Origin: a virus
Virus record (IMG/VR): IMGVR_UViG_3300042484_002006
DNA length: 64,000 nt
Strand: one strand, 5' to 3'
The notes below the pieces were generated by a model. That model made no database searches. It was given only the letters and a program-made list of their open reading frames with translations, and had not been told where the DNA came from. Below, piece after piece: positions 32,201-39,223 of this stretch. A program made the translations under genes and the position numbers. Positions within the stretch are counted from its first letter, which is position 1; the number at the start of each line of letters is the position of its first letter.

Positions 32201-34440
32201 CTGTAGACAATCCATTTACTAGGGAATACGGAGAGCCAGTTATAGAGGTGCGTGAGCCGTTCCAGAGAATACATTATATAAGTTCTTTCTCCCACATTCT
32301 ATCTAATCAAATCCAAGAAAATATCAATAACATTGCAACAACTATTACAGCAGTATCAGATGGCAAATATCCTGTTACCGTAGCTTTAGACAAAGGTGCC
32401 CCAGCTGAACGACAAGTAGAAAGAACTGTCGAAACTGGAATATATTTTGATAATATGACTGGCTCTGGATTCACTGGATTCTTGCACCCGCTAATGCACC
32501 CATTAGAAACATTTAGAGGAGTTGCTAAAAATGTCCAAGGAGCTCCTGATGAATTATCTGCAAGAAGAGTAGCATTATCTCACTTAAAAGAATCAATTAA
32601 AGATATTTATGGTGGAGAATTAATAGTCATAGGAAATTCGGATATTAGACCACACGACCTAGTTTATCTCTCAGATGTTTACGAAAGAATGTATGGTATA
32701 TTTGAAGTCGAACAAGTAGTGCATCACTTTACTGCAGAACTGGGTTACATTACATCGATAACGCCAAATGCCCTAGTGACAGTAAATGATCCGGCAAGAT
32801 GGTTCATGACATCATGGATTCATTCCTGGATGAACGTTCAGACAATTCGAAATGATACTAGAATGTATTTAGATAGAATTAGATCTGGAAATTCAGGAGT
32901 ATCTGTTGGTGGAAATATATCTATGGATGCCCTTGGAGAGGCATTAGCTCCCCAGTTAATAGGGGGCCTACAATTCACTCATGGCTCAAGTGCCCTAGTG
33001 AAAGATGTTATGGCTAACCAAACTGCGCAGAGCCTCCCAGACGCCAAGGATCAACTAATAGCTCAAGCTTCAGCTACTGGCCAAGGTGCAGGTGTAGGGT
33101 TTAAAATGTTAGCTGGTGGTTTAGCAGCAGGCGCTCTTCTAGGCGCGGTTACTCCGATAGGCTTAGTCGGCGCAGCAATAGGTGGCCCTTTAGTGGGGCA
33201 ACTCGCCTGGAAAGGATGGAGTTGGGTTAGAGACAAAGTTCTCGATCAGCACGGTTGTTATGTTCAATATTTAAATAAAAATGGTCAACCAATGGACGCA
33301 GGACTTTCCTATAATCAGGGTATGGTTGTTGGTAAGTATCACTCCAAAGCTCTTCTTCCGGGAATACTTGGCGTTAGAGCTAAAGTCAGAACGCCAGAAG
33401 GGAATGCGTATATTAGAAGCGATGATCTATTCAAGAGTCTTGGATGGAATGAAAGTCAAATTACAGACCTGGTTAGATATGTAAGTTATGAAAACGCCTT
33501 AACCCACGCTCGTGTTCTAAAAATGGCAGGACTTGGTCCAGAAAAAGCTGGACTTGAACCACAATTTAAAATACTGTGCAAAGTAATTCACTTTATAGAC
33601 GGCGATACAATTGAAGTAGAAGATGTATTATCTGGAGCTATTTTTAAAGTTCGTTTTGATGGAATGAATACATCTGAAATTAATACCACGGAAGGTAAAG
33701 TTGGATATCCAGATACTCCAACAAATCCAGCAACCGCAAATGACACCATTAGTTTATTAGATGTTTCTACTCCCGGCGGTAGAGCTAAACTGTTTACGAC
33801 AAAAGCTTTAACTGATAAAATTTTTGTTCTTAGAGTTAATCCAACTAGAGTTGGAAAAACCGCTATATTAGAACAAGATTATGAAGCTGGGGCATCCCTA
33901 AACATTGATGCAAATTATGTCAAAGATCAATTCCAGAGAACAATTGGAACTATATTCTACTATCTACCAGAAGTAAATATAGAAAAACATAAAATAAATA
34001 TTAGGAATTTATTTAGAAGTAATCAAGGATCATTAGATACTGTGCAACAAAAAGTACAAAATGACATGTACGATCAGTCGCCTTTCAGAGTTAAATTCAA
34101 TGAAATTTATAGTAACATAGCTAATACTGTAGAAGAAAACTATTTTGATAATTTCGATAATCTAGATCCACTATACGGACTACCGGAACAATACGTAAAG
34201 AAATATAATGTTTTAGTTTATATGAAAATATTAGAAGAAATTTACAATGTAGTTTCAGAATGGCCTCAAGTTAGTTGGGATGAATATTATGAAGATGGAC
34301 ATCCATATACGCTAAACTGGGAATTAGTAGTTAATAACTTAGCCAGAGTTTACGTTAAAGATCTTCAGACAGAATCAGATTCCACACTTAAATCGCAAGA
34401 AGCAGCTGCATTACCTATATATGTAGGAGGAAATTTATAA
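23248..34440 (+). CDS. Giant baseplate hub protein (3730 aa): tube-initiator-like and gp27/gpD-like hub segments, RlpA-like barrel, Gly-zipper segments, C-terminal SNase-like nuclease
   Basis: Hub-like motif IRLKPGVRVHLRAGYGSNPNSLQTLFNGIITNVEQGEIVTITAQSD. RKVLVYNP.NGRAVVCRP...VVSPDAAYYL. VIHFIDGDTIEV...VRFDGMNTSE...DQFQRTIG...LNWELVVNNLARVY. It lies between tape measure and spike/wedge genes. Confidence 0.7.
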   Translation: MAINNTSKDYIKGIVENDDLYFWLYDFLNPDNKTSTAGTKEQIREFFLYGTIDGDDVNGFSIAAGGNIIALQESDPYSVAVFNYCISMAVVGAEVSNVAIVPKEYEAVAQATAAIFQGFELSSFPAWIPQSTQEQSAAEKNAKLLREHFDYNNIMFYEDRSFFTYQKYAFQRLNTWYEFSAGDNDLSEEEYLELEKYESTYSSELEVINSGEDVTSAFNNEAFISFIAKAYNNVNETDEKYIFDPLLRAAYGNRDIKNSSNFFNIFRGTNSQVGNLQAHEASTLFNKMEEIGLFNLASYAYEISNFAKKRLRTKDTLQASADNVVDATVDLPWLISLGEVIQRLKRDPLTFAGINYYFPSLSVFLVDALAVVGDYSDNGKGGGEEDTLNNADDFALSLEKAFGVTSVLVAPGIEERRFGIGFVESARAIFQMAYKFTNTAQRIENVLKTSPFRANIAPNTPDNFHLRLGAANFYIPPVSIDVNSSFKTGSLTGAAIRQKNSPKFNSGYKETSIRMRLFFPNYEEIWGLSVDALSKIDLNDTFKIDFKNGGDSEIKIDKFLSSLRGLVAAFKYSPILPIKNQYLNSVHGITAVALSNMSISTIPNYPFALAVDIELLNFNHEPFLPMIKDFNQAIHWGKYRHYMGKAAGHLHDYVNEEFLLKQSDVKETDVTPMTITGKAVTDSDTDTDPETPAVPPNVFDNDVLNINVISEWKNGNNISLFAPAETQTKIYLPDTASFRTKQEKMFTDLGQSTWQGLLSKFGIDVNQSDSYGVSLQEVQDISLSSTYSKSIANTIKDSIDILTAGITSDDKAEQIYAFFVTSFIAENKKINKIQGDWLKSNFNTSAMDYPEQDTYVFQGKFINNVSLNGMKDTFTDISRKPASYLDLIKSGITQEKINKLGIPDPEVTDEMRNSIEQNVQNELAQAFSVSLYERFFKSGPIQSLMEAARAKGNYNVDEEGNVIRESGYSFKEWEVPMIRVDLDPQSVIVNGVTVSMGNSLAKLQIQMQGEPTYQHIGGRDSSINISMTVIGEKELIKLKNVFDHISNLARLEHATGVIGFLGIKNIITALCGIKYVLPLSYNVSTIPNYPHAYNVQLSLIDFDIFQQKREELSSTQQKELIEQFSTKKNPFLRIKQFWGTFNAYPDFPLSLKNSEGDVVGHLDPDYYFRSFEMFDKDVINSFSTQHPKIQDYNFDTHSDGSGGWGGEGSDVLGITAKILEFIQLYNNTEDNIASSNIVEQMKDYIIAEQIGLSRFIHLLRNVITGDTEFSSSANVQLLTDFITLTEETSETNPFFDAVTPARFQQGDLSPNDAANASSIEAALTGAFSLSNEEFVSFDPDEVDFHKQIFTVPASDPDDILNNKIPSILQTAGGTHFGYISRDNGRFYLTANGTNIKKVVDESGNSSSGIVKFRSNFLRDVQTPENGNTTVNTGVPGAKAVSEYQNAYSGDVQSHWETMMVDASYRDISGRMIRAFPTYMLWLIDEGGMFAGVKLFDNFYGLQSIIDFSVVSSEDLLGDTLIFRVSNLYSKLTKNESSKIFNPNNKDGNNDPLSLTDGLTSIIERTLNMSRNILGHMRNEYVVDIANIRLKPGVRVHLRAGYGSNPNSLQTLFNGIITNVEQGEIVTITAQSDAIELGAVINSTNKKGDSGKIDGGVDTGMYMSEPRDLMVRLLSMGASRTREAIAHATRGTVFSENRFGIRHFGNILYEPLTTGERAKNDAIRDSITGAFSIAGSNNSFMNRAVGITEGFSMNYRGNSFSAVSQLFANFCAQVDLEIFKRNIYPGNGTGIAQFLGGDLDDGWSTAASLTKEDSYNERMEGYLGRLTDRTWNDLISNSELENDGLLDTGANGTLDFLTQDNQLVNSDGRAGLVKGLFAGGITAGAFALGGPATASIAGAGLLGILRGRGGTNLFRTMGIISPNSDDDLPGFDEVSFRAQTYMRTVWDLFQMCAKLLPNYIVAVRPFEDRSTVFYGKPHWLYTSGVVPVTTGFPGQEKAEELGIIAPQPKQPDQDLVSILDKINKDSNPLADYAAFFQASEPSQTIQDISGSMMSSGGIYSPTSHLTGKILNFYSEPSTTYYDPYDTTKILAKLPVSKGYVNVGFHLPVGVSGGGTEDSLAIQADKHKQLPNLPPRYSFPYFTANEDLPDDQLINAPFISLARDIKDHMDDSDGDHITQGNKDYYNNLLKLQSLEYIFFEETKQTLIPSDDIINLDNPLNFGQLNEQSTKLYPDARKVMVPLPRINLSTNGSGSIGTGSIKQENVDDNFSFEYQSGNYGELTYKEWGTPATAEDEQFYIAMRWPYNPVSQSETNRTGADEDTISQFKSNYDFEDLYGTVKDYKSRKVLVYNPSNGRAVVCRPAYFLWGSEKTISGIDSDGTAKDYQLSDAVVSPDAAYYLSIITRNSGEKDMDISRAGEGDTKDMNNWRNSGFRPYPIMQECYMAFVPDIVPVGVIADAVAPASNFSLKDQNGEKIEEDQSQIIGFGAFKPKEGSVNYAVKRIASGDRSGSADTIERRSVALNDSLNAYKPLDTYMVSNVEGLQYGGNALNVVKEGDQKTYFQAVIDGADNDYLSLTRDELHKILDDELTTTGTDNSTGSGRASFAPVYSPLDIVSVEARSYYDENFDASVSVIAGDGRTLRQAEDIWDQFRFGYHNYESVKQIFFDTFSLDPDNEDEFPDFYTNILSGSGISGIEDSITPFNDSKNGSAGALDEFSILLGADFINNLEGTNNSSSESSAESSANQAFKDAIEFARANYIDANIDKGGIVAYFNTIIIKSLTSIHDNFLSVDNTTVNNVLSFSLSADKENPTLTAELMKKVRTPKQLFLLMVGIFRQRMWEDPYARAWLVLKPDRKKTGDDQWSFKSVDKIFRAFIDPYNDYAKPGKQDKFRQLLAATRGEGNSSTNIVAEAADSINDFWNANVGPIFTAIADGLSGLMSMFKLSMQQMGYALSEAGNFKKQANILNKALNDSIYYSLGRPGTLLRAVDNPFTREYGEPVIEVREPFQRIHYISSFSHILSNQIQENINNIATTITAVSDGKYPVTVALDKGAPAERQVERTVETGIYFDNMTGSGFTGFLHPLMHPLETFRGVAKNVQGAPDELSARRVALSHLKESIKDIYGGELIVIGNSDIRPHDLVYLSDVYERMYGIFEVEQVVHHFTAELGYITSITPNALVTVNDPARWFMTSWIHSWMNVQTIRNDTRMYLDRIRSGNSGVSVGGNISMDALGEALAPQLIGGLQFTHGSSALVKDVMANQTAQSLPDAKDQLIAQASATGQGAGVGFKMLAGGLAAGALLGAVTPIGLVGAAIGGPLVGQLAWKGWSWVRDKVLDQHGCYVQYLNKNGQPMDAGLSYNQGMVVGKYHSKALLPGILGVRAKVRTPEGNAYIRSDDLFKSLGWNESQITDLVRYVSYENALTHARVLKMAGLGPEKAGLEPQFKILCKVIHFIDGDTIEVEDVLSGAIFKVRFDGMNTSEINTTEGKVGYPDTPTNPATANDTISLLDVSTPGGRAKLFTTKALTDKIFVLRVNPTRVGKTAILEQDYEAGASLNIDANYVKDQFQRTIGTIFYYLPEVNIEKHKINIRNLFRSNQGSLDTVQQKVQNDMYDQSPFRVKFNEIYSNIANTVEENYFDNFDNLDPLYGLPEQYVKKYNVLVYMKILEEIYNVVSEWPQVSWDEYYEDGHPYTLNWELVVNNLARVYVKDLQTESDSTLKSQEAAALPIYVGGNL

Positions 34441-34441
34441 T

Positions 34442-36634
34442 ATGGTTAATATCAATAATAGCCAAATGGCAAACTCTAAATCAATAACAAATGCTATTTT
34501 TGATAGTTATTATCCAAAAAGTAAAAATTTTCCAAATGGAAAAATTGTTGTTGAAAATACATCTTTTGGCAAAAATGGTGTCTCAGGTAGAACTCTTACT
34601 AGTCGAACCATATCAGAAGCTATATCTGGAGATGTTCTATATAGATCTCCAAAATTTGCAACTACTTTTTATAATAAATCAATTGGAAGTTCTTTAAATT
34701 CTTTGATTACTGCTGGTTCAGAATCAACTTTTGATTCTCCCTCAATTCTTGAAATTCAAGATCCAGAAAATGTTACTTTCACATTGAGCGAGAAAGGCAC
34801 GCCGACAGTAGCCACTTTAAAAGGTGGCGCAGCATTTACCAGAATACTTGCAGAAAGCATAGTAGGTAAACAAGCTGGAAGTTCATTCGTTCAAAACGCA
34901 GGAGAAAGCTTATACGATAATTATATTTCGTCAGGTACTAGATCTGATCAAGATCCTGCGTCGACTGATCCTGATGCATCTATAGGTAATAATCCTGGTG
35001 CTCCTGGAGCTGGAGGAAGAATGGTTGTTCTTAGTAGTCAAATTACTGCAGAAGAAAAAGGATGGATCCTAGAACGAGGAAAAGTACTAGCCGACACAGG
35101 TTTGTTCGAGGGCCGTGGATCTTCACTAAAAAGTGGATGGTCTTTTGACATTCTTAACGGATTAACTGGTATAAAAACTAAGGATGGAGCTAGCGAATTT
35201 CCTGGTATCGATCCAGCTACAAATACTATTGATGTTTCGCAAGAAACGATTGATGCTCCGCCACAGACCGCCTACATCGCTCCAGCTTTAATTGAATTTT
35301 TAATTATGTTGAGTTCCAAAATTTCATATTATGCAGGATTTGGAACATCTAGATTCACAGATGATTCAGTAAAAAACCATATGACTAATAATAACTCATT
35401 ATCCGCACATGGTTTTGGTAGAGCTGTCGATATTTCTAGTGTAACAAGTAAACAGGGAGTATTATATGATGTTTGGAATAATGCTGGGAATCTAGATATC
35501 TATCGGAATTTCATGGAAGTATTCTTGACAGCAATAAATTCAATGCCCATGCACTTAATACCAGACCTTTTAGGATTTGCTGGTCCATTGAAAACTGAAT
35601 ATGGAGTAACTGAAGGAAAAGATGCAGAGGATGCAGCAATTAAACTTAGATTTCCTAATCTAAAATATGTTAGATGGTATCCCGCAGATGATCATTTAAA
35701 TCATCTTCATGTTTCCTTTTCTCCAGCAAGAGCTGGAATATACACTGGACCAGGAGGAGCTTTTACCACTGGTCCAACAGCACCCCCCAGTACCACACCA
35801 CCCCCCAGTACCACACCACCCCCCGGTGCCACACCGCCACCTAATGGTGGAACTTTAAATACTAAATTTGTAAAATTATCTAGAACCCCCGGAACACAGC
35901 TATTGGCTGATGAAATTTATAATTTATTAAATATAATATGTGTCCCAGAATTAGCTGCCATAATGACAGCGATTTCCCAAAGAGAAGGTAACGTATCCAG
36001 TTTAAATGCCAACATTCGTGGCAGTAGTAACACCTGGAATGGAGATTGGTCTTATGGATTTCTTCAAAATAATTTATTTGGAACCCACGGTAGGTTGGAG
36101 GTGCTAGTTCCATATCCAACTCCAATTAAAATTCATGCATGGAAATTAGCAGCACCTGGGTGGCAGTTCTTCAATCTTTCAAGTTGGGAACAATGGAAAG
36201 GATTTATTAAAGATAATTTCACTCAAGTAGGACTTGATTCATTCTCCGCAACAGCTAGATCTTCTTCTGATGATAGGATATGGTATCCAATCAATCAAGT
36301 TTATATGGCTTATAGGTTTATGTGCGGAAGAGATCCAACCTACCCAATGCCGCTAGCAGATAGACTTGGGGCAAATGGTCCAGAGATGCAACATGTTTTA
36401 ACTCCTTGGGGAGATTATGGTGGAGTTCCAGGTGGGCCTTTGTTCGGTACTAAATTTAGAGACGCAGCTTACGTCTATAGAAATTCCGGTAAGACAGAAG
36501 AAGACCTTAAAGATTGGGTGAGAAAATATTTTGGTTTTGCTGGAAATGGGGCAACATCCGGATCTGCACCAAAAGTCGAAGATTGGCTAGCAGGGAGAAA
36601 AATTTCAAGAGATGGAACAATATCAGAATGGTAG
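34442..36634 (+). CDS. Tail-associated lysin: M15-type Zn peptidase plus lysozyme-like/lytic transglycosylase domain
   Basis: SAHGFGRAVDI (H323-x6-D330) and DHLNHLHV (H418/H421/H423), then a Pro/Thr linker, then AISQREG (E515)...GDWSYGFLQNN...LTPWGDY. Confidence 0.7.
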   Translation: MVNINNSQMANSKSITNAIFDSYYPKSKNFPNGKIVVENTSFGKNGVSGRTLTSRTISEAISGDVLYRSPKFATTFYNKSIGSSLNSLITAGSESTFDSPSILEIQDPENVTFTLSEKGTPTVATLKGGAAFTRILAESIVGKQAGSSFVQNAGESLYDNYISSGTRSDQDPASTDPDASIGNNPGAPGAGGRMVVLSSQITAEEKGWILERGKVLADTGLFEGRGSSLKSGWSFDILNGLTGIKTKDGASEFPGIDPATNTIDVSQETIDAPPQTAYIAPALIEFLIMLSSKISYYAGFGTSRFTDDSVKNHMTNNNSLSAHGFGRAVDISSVTSKQGVLYDVWNNAGNLDIYRNFMEVFLTAINSMPMHLIPDLLGFAGPLKTEYGVTEGKDAEDAAIKLRFPNLKYVRWYPADDHLNHLHVSFSPARAGIYTGPGGAFTTGPTAPPSTTPPPSTTPPPGATPPPNGGTLNTKFVKLSRTPGTQLLADEIYNLLNIICVPELAAIMTAISQREGNVSSLNANIRGSSNTWNGDWSYGFLQNNLFGTHGRLEVLVPYPTPIKIHAWKLAAPGWQFFNLSSWEQWKGFIKDNFTQVGLDSFSATARSSSDDRIWYPINQVYMAYRFMCGRDPTYPMPLADRLGANGPEMQHVLTPWGDYGGVPGGPLFGTKFRDAAYVYRNSGKTEEDLKDWVRKYFGFAGNGATSGSAPKVEDWLAGRKISRDGTISEW
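35783..35836 (+). repeat. Three tandem 18-nt repeats (CCCCCCAGTACCACACCA x2 plus one variant) encoding a PPSTTP linker
   Basis: Seen directly at 35783-35800, 35801-35818 and 35819-35836. Confidence 0.85.
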
Positions 36635-36646
36635 GAGGAACAAAAA

Positions 36647-37015
36647 ATGCCAGTTAATTATCCAAAATTTGATAAAAAAATACAGGATCAAATAGACAAT
36701 GTATCTATGCAAAAGTCCAGGACAAGGCCTGGAATTGTAGTTAGCTATAATAGAGCTAGTGGTACAGCTGATGTTATTTTAGATGAACAATATTCCGAAA
36801 GTATGGGAAACATTTTGAAAGATGTACCGTGCCCATTAGTCAAAGGTGTTCAATCAGTTTCGCCAACTTTAGGTACAAGATGTTTAATAGGGTTTAGAGA
36901 TACAAATGAATCAAATCCATATATACTTAATTATTTTGACGATGTTAGAACTAATAAATTTTATATAAGAAACTCTACAGTAAATACTGGAATACCTAGA
37001 TTTATGGTGCACTAA
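36647..37015 (+). CDS. Baseplate spike OB-fold protein (gp5/gpV N-terminal-like)
   Basis: AGGAGG RBS. RPGIVVSYNRASGTADV...LKDVPCP...PTLGTRCLIGF...PYIL is the OB-fold spike pattern. Confidence 0.6.
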   Translation: MPVNYPKFDKKIQDQIDNVSMQKSRTRPGIVVSYNRASGTADVILDEQYSESMGNILKDVPCPLVKGVQSVSPTLGTRCLIGFRDTNESNPYILNYFDDVRTNKFYIRNSTVNTGIPRFMVH

Positions 37016-37668
37016 TGGATATTTTAGACACTGGAGCTATAAATAGACGGAAAAAACAAGAAAACAGTTTTCCAGTTGAATCAGAAGTCCAAAAAAGAAG
37101 AGAATTTTCCGATAGAGAAGTTGGATTAACTCACCCTGATTTATCTAGTTTTATTCGATTAAATGACCAAGGTGATATAGAGATATTTGCCTCCCCGGGA
37201 GTAGGAATAGTCATAAGTGGTAGGTCTAAGAGTATATCTTTATTTGGCGAACAAATCAGGATGCACTGCAATGAGGATGGACTTAGATGGAATAATTATA
37301 ATTTTAACTATTCTTCATCCGATTATTCAGAACCTACCCTAGTTAAACTGAATTATAAAAATATTCATTCAGCCCAGAATGGTATTTCGTATTATTTAGA
37401 TCGGATGAACGATTTAGAAGATCAGGAAAATCAAAAGACCATTACTATATCTGGTGACTATGGTTTTAACGAAGAGCAAATAATACCTCAACAGACATAT
37501 ACTTCGGAAGATAATTTATCTGATTTAACTTTCGAACAAATAGGGCTATTAGAAGCATACTCTTCGAATTATTCAAAAGAGCACATTGATCTAATGGTAA
37601 AATACATTAGAGAAGGTCTTACTTTTGACCAAGCTCACCTAAGGGCATTAAGGGAAATGAATGAGTGA
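37015..37668 (+). CDS. Putative spike-associated baseplate protein
   Basis: Short beta-strand repeats (SSFIRLNDQGDIEIFA..GVGIVISG..SISLFG) like spike beta-helices. Lies between the OB-fold gene and the gp25-like gene. Confidence 0.4.
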   Translation: MDILDTGAINRRKKQENSFPVESEVQKRREFSDREVGLTHPDLSSFIRLNDQGDIEIFASPGVGIVISGRSKSISLFGEQIRMHCNEDGLRWNNYNFNYSSSDYSEPTLVKLNYKNIHSAQNGISYYLDRMNDLEDQENQKTITISGDYGFNEEQIIPQQTYTSEDNLSDLTFEQIGLLEAYSSNYSKEHIDLMVKYIREGLTFDQAHLRALREMNE

Positions 37669-38041
37669 TTTACATTTTACATTAAGTGGAGACATCCTAA
37701 TTGGGGGTAATAAGGATATTGTTCTTACAAACTCCTCCATGCAAAGCGATGTCCAACAGGCTTACATTAGATTGATGACAGAGCCTGGAGATTTTTATGT
37801 ATATCCACTGTTAGGAATTGATTTATCTTTACTATATGGAATGCCCCAGTCTTTAGAAACCGGAGAATTTGGCAAAAAGCTAATTCAAACTGGACTGCAA
37901 AGAGAAGGCATTTTTAAGGGCAGGAATATTAAAATAGATGCAGTTCCCACTGGTAGGGATACTATTCGTTTTGATGTTCATATTATTTCAGATATTGATC
38001 AACCAGTAGTTCTATCTGTTAGTCAGACTTTAGGAGCATAA
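37661..38041 (+). CDS. Baseplate wedge subunit, gp25/gpW-like
   Basis: 126 aa, DLHFTLSGDI...QQAYIRLMTEPGD...YPLLGIDLSLLYG. Immediately upstream of the gpJ-like gene. Confidence 0.75.
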   Translation: MSDLHFTLSGDILIGGNKDIVLTNSSMQSDVQQAYIRLMTEPGDFYVYPLLGIDLSLLYGMPQSLETGEFGKKLIQTGLQREGIFKGRNIKIDAVPTGRDTIRFDVHIISDIDQPVVLSVSQTLGA

Positions 38042-39211
38042 ATGGCTATTTACGGTGTTAAAAATAAATCAGAAATCCTAGTCTCCATACTTAATGGGCT
38101 TGAAAAAAACGCTGGTATTACAGCAATTTATCCAGGTTCTATTGCCAGAGCCTTCGCAGAATCAGTTAGCGCAGAGATATCTGATCTTTATGAGGCATTT
38201 AGATTTACTGTTTCGCAAAGTAACTTAAGTACAGCGTCTGGTAGGAATTTAGACTTAATTGGAGATCTATATGGTGTCTCAAGAAAGTCCGTTACAAATT
38301 TTGTCGCAGAAGAAAGACAATCTTTTAACGTAGAATTTTTCATAGATAAACCCCACAGCGCAGGTATAACAATACCAGCTGGTACATTATTATACAATGA
38401 CGTGTCTAATTTTACGACTAAGCAATATAGCTACAAGTTATCTTCGACTGTTTCTATACCGGCAGGCGCTATAAGATCTTATGGTAGGGCTGAACCAAAT
38501 TTCTCAGACAACTCCTATGTTGCCCCTAAGAATTCTCTTACTAAACATAATTTTATTGCGCCACCAACAGTATTGGTTTTCTCTAATAACCCTAAGGAAA
38601 TCTACTCCAATATTACATCAGAGTCTGATGATAATTATCGTAGAAGAATACTAGCTTCAATGAAGACTAAGGCTCCAGGTACGGTAGAATCAGTAAGATT
38701 CGCCGCCCTTTCAGTCAAGGGTGTCAAAGACGTAAGAATACGTGAAGCCTCTTATGGAATAGGATCATGTGACATCATTGTTGTTCCTGAGGTTTCATCT
38801 GCAATTAAAGCTCTACCACAGGCAATCTTAAGTGCAATCAGTGCTGTTAAGCCTGTTGGTGTTAGATTTAATGTTAGAGTAGCAGAAAAAATTAGCATTA
38901 ATGTTTCAGCTACAATAACGATTCCTTCAGGTAACTCAGATACAGTAATCAATGGAGTTCGGAATCAAGCAGCAATGTTTGTTAAGCGATATTTAAATTC
39001 AATGACTATTGGAAATACTGTTTCATTATCCGAAATAGAACAACAGATAAAGCTTTCTTCCGATCTCGTAAGAGGAGTCACTATTAATACATTTACAGCT
39101 GATGGAAAAGAACTCCCATTAAAAGATTTTATGCCAAATAGTATAAAAGAGTACATTACGGCTGGAAATGTTAATATATATTCTGTTATAATAGGATCTT
39201 CTAATTATTAA
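38042..39211 (+). CDS. Baseplate J-like (gp6/gpJ) wedge protein
   Basis: PGSIARAFAE, TASGRNLDLIGDLYGVSR, ESDDNYRRRIL, GTVESVRFAALSVKGV.DV, GSCDIIV. Confidence 0.85.
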   Translation: MAIYGVKNKSEILVSILNGLEKNAGITAIYPGSIARAFAESVSAEISDLYEAFRFTVSQSNLSTASGRNLDLIGDLYGVSRKSVTNFVAEERQSFNVEFFIDKPHSAGITIPAGTLLYNDVSNFTTKQYSYKLSSTVSIPAGAIRSYGRAEPNFSDNSYVAPKNSLTKHNFIAPPTVLVFSNNPKEIYSNITSESDDNYRRRILASMKTKAPGTVESVRFAALSVKGVKDVRIREASYGIGSCDIIVVPEVSSAIKALPQAILSAISAVKPVGVRFNVRVAEKISINVSATITIPSGNSDTVINGVRNQAAMFVKRYLNSMTIGNTVSLSEIEQQIKLSSDLVRGVTINTFTADGKELPLKDFMPNSIKEYITAGNVNIYSVIIGSSNY

Positions 39212-39223
39212 AAAGGTTGTTGC

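Noticed and set aside
35783-35836. CRISPR-like repeat array
   Set aside because: The repeats are contiguous with no spacers and encode an in-frame Pro/Thr linker.
3611-39211. Bacterial extracellular contractile injection system or tailocin rather than a phage
   Set aside because: Multiple sheath and tube paralogues fit eCIS, but head-tail joining genes, tail chaperones, a holin and adjacent nrdJ/thyX/dCMP deaminase point to a phage genome.
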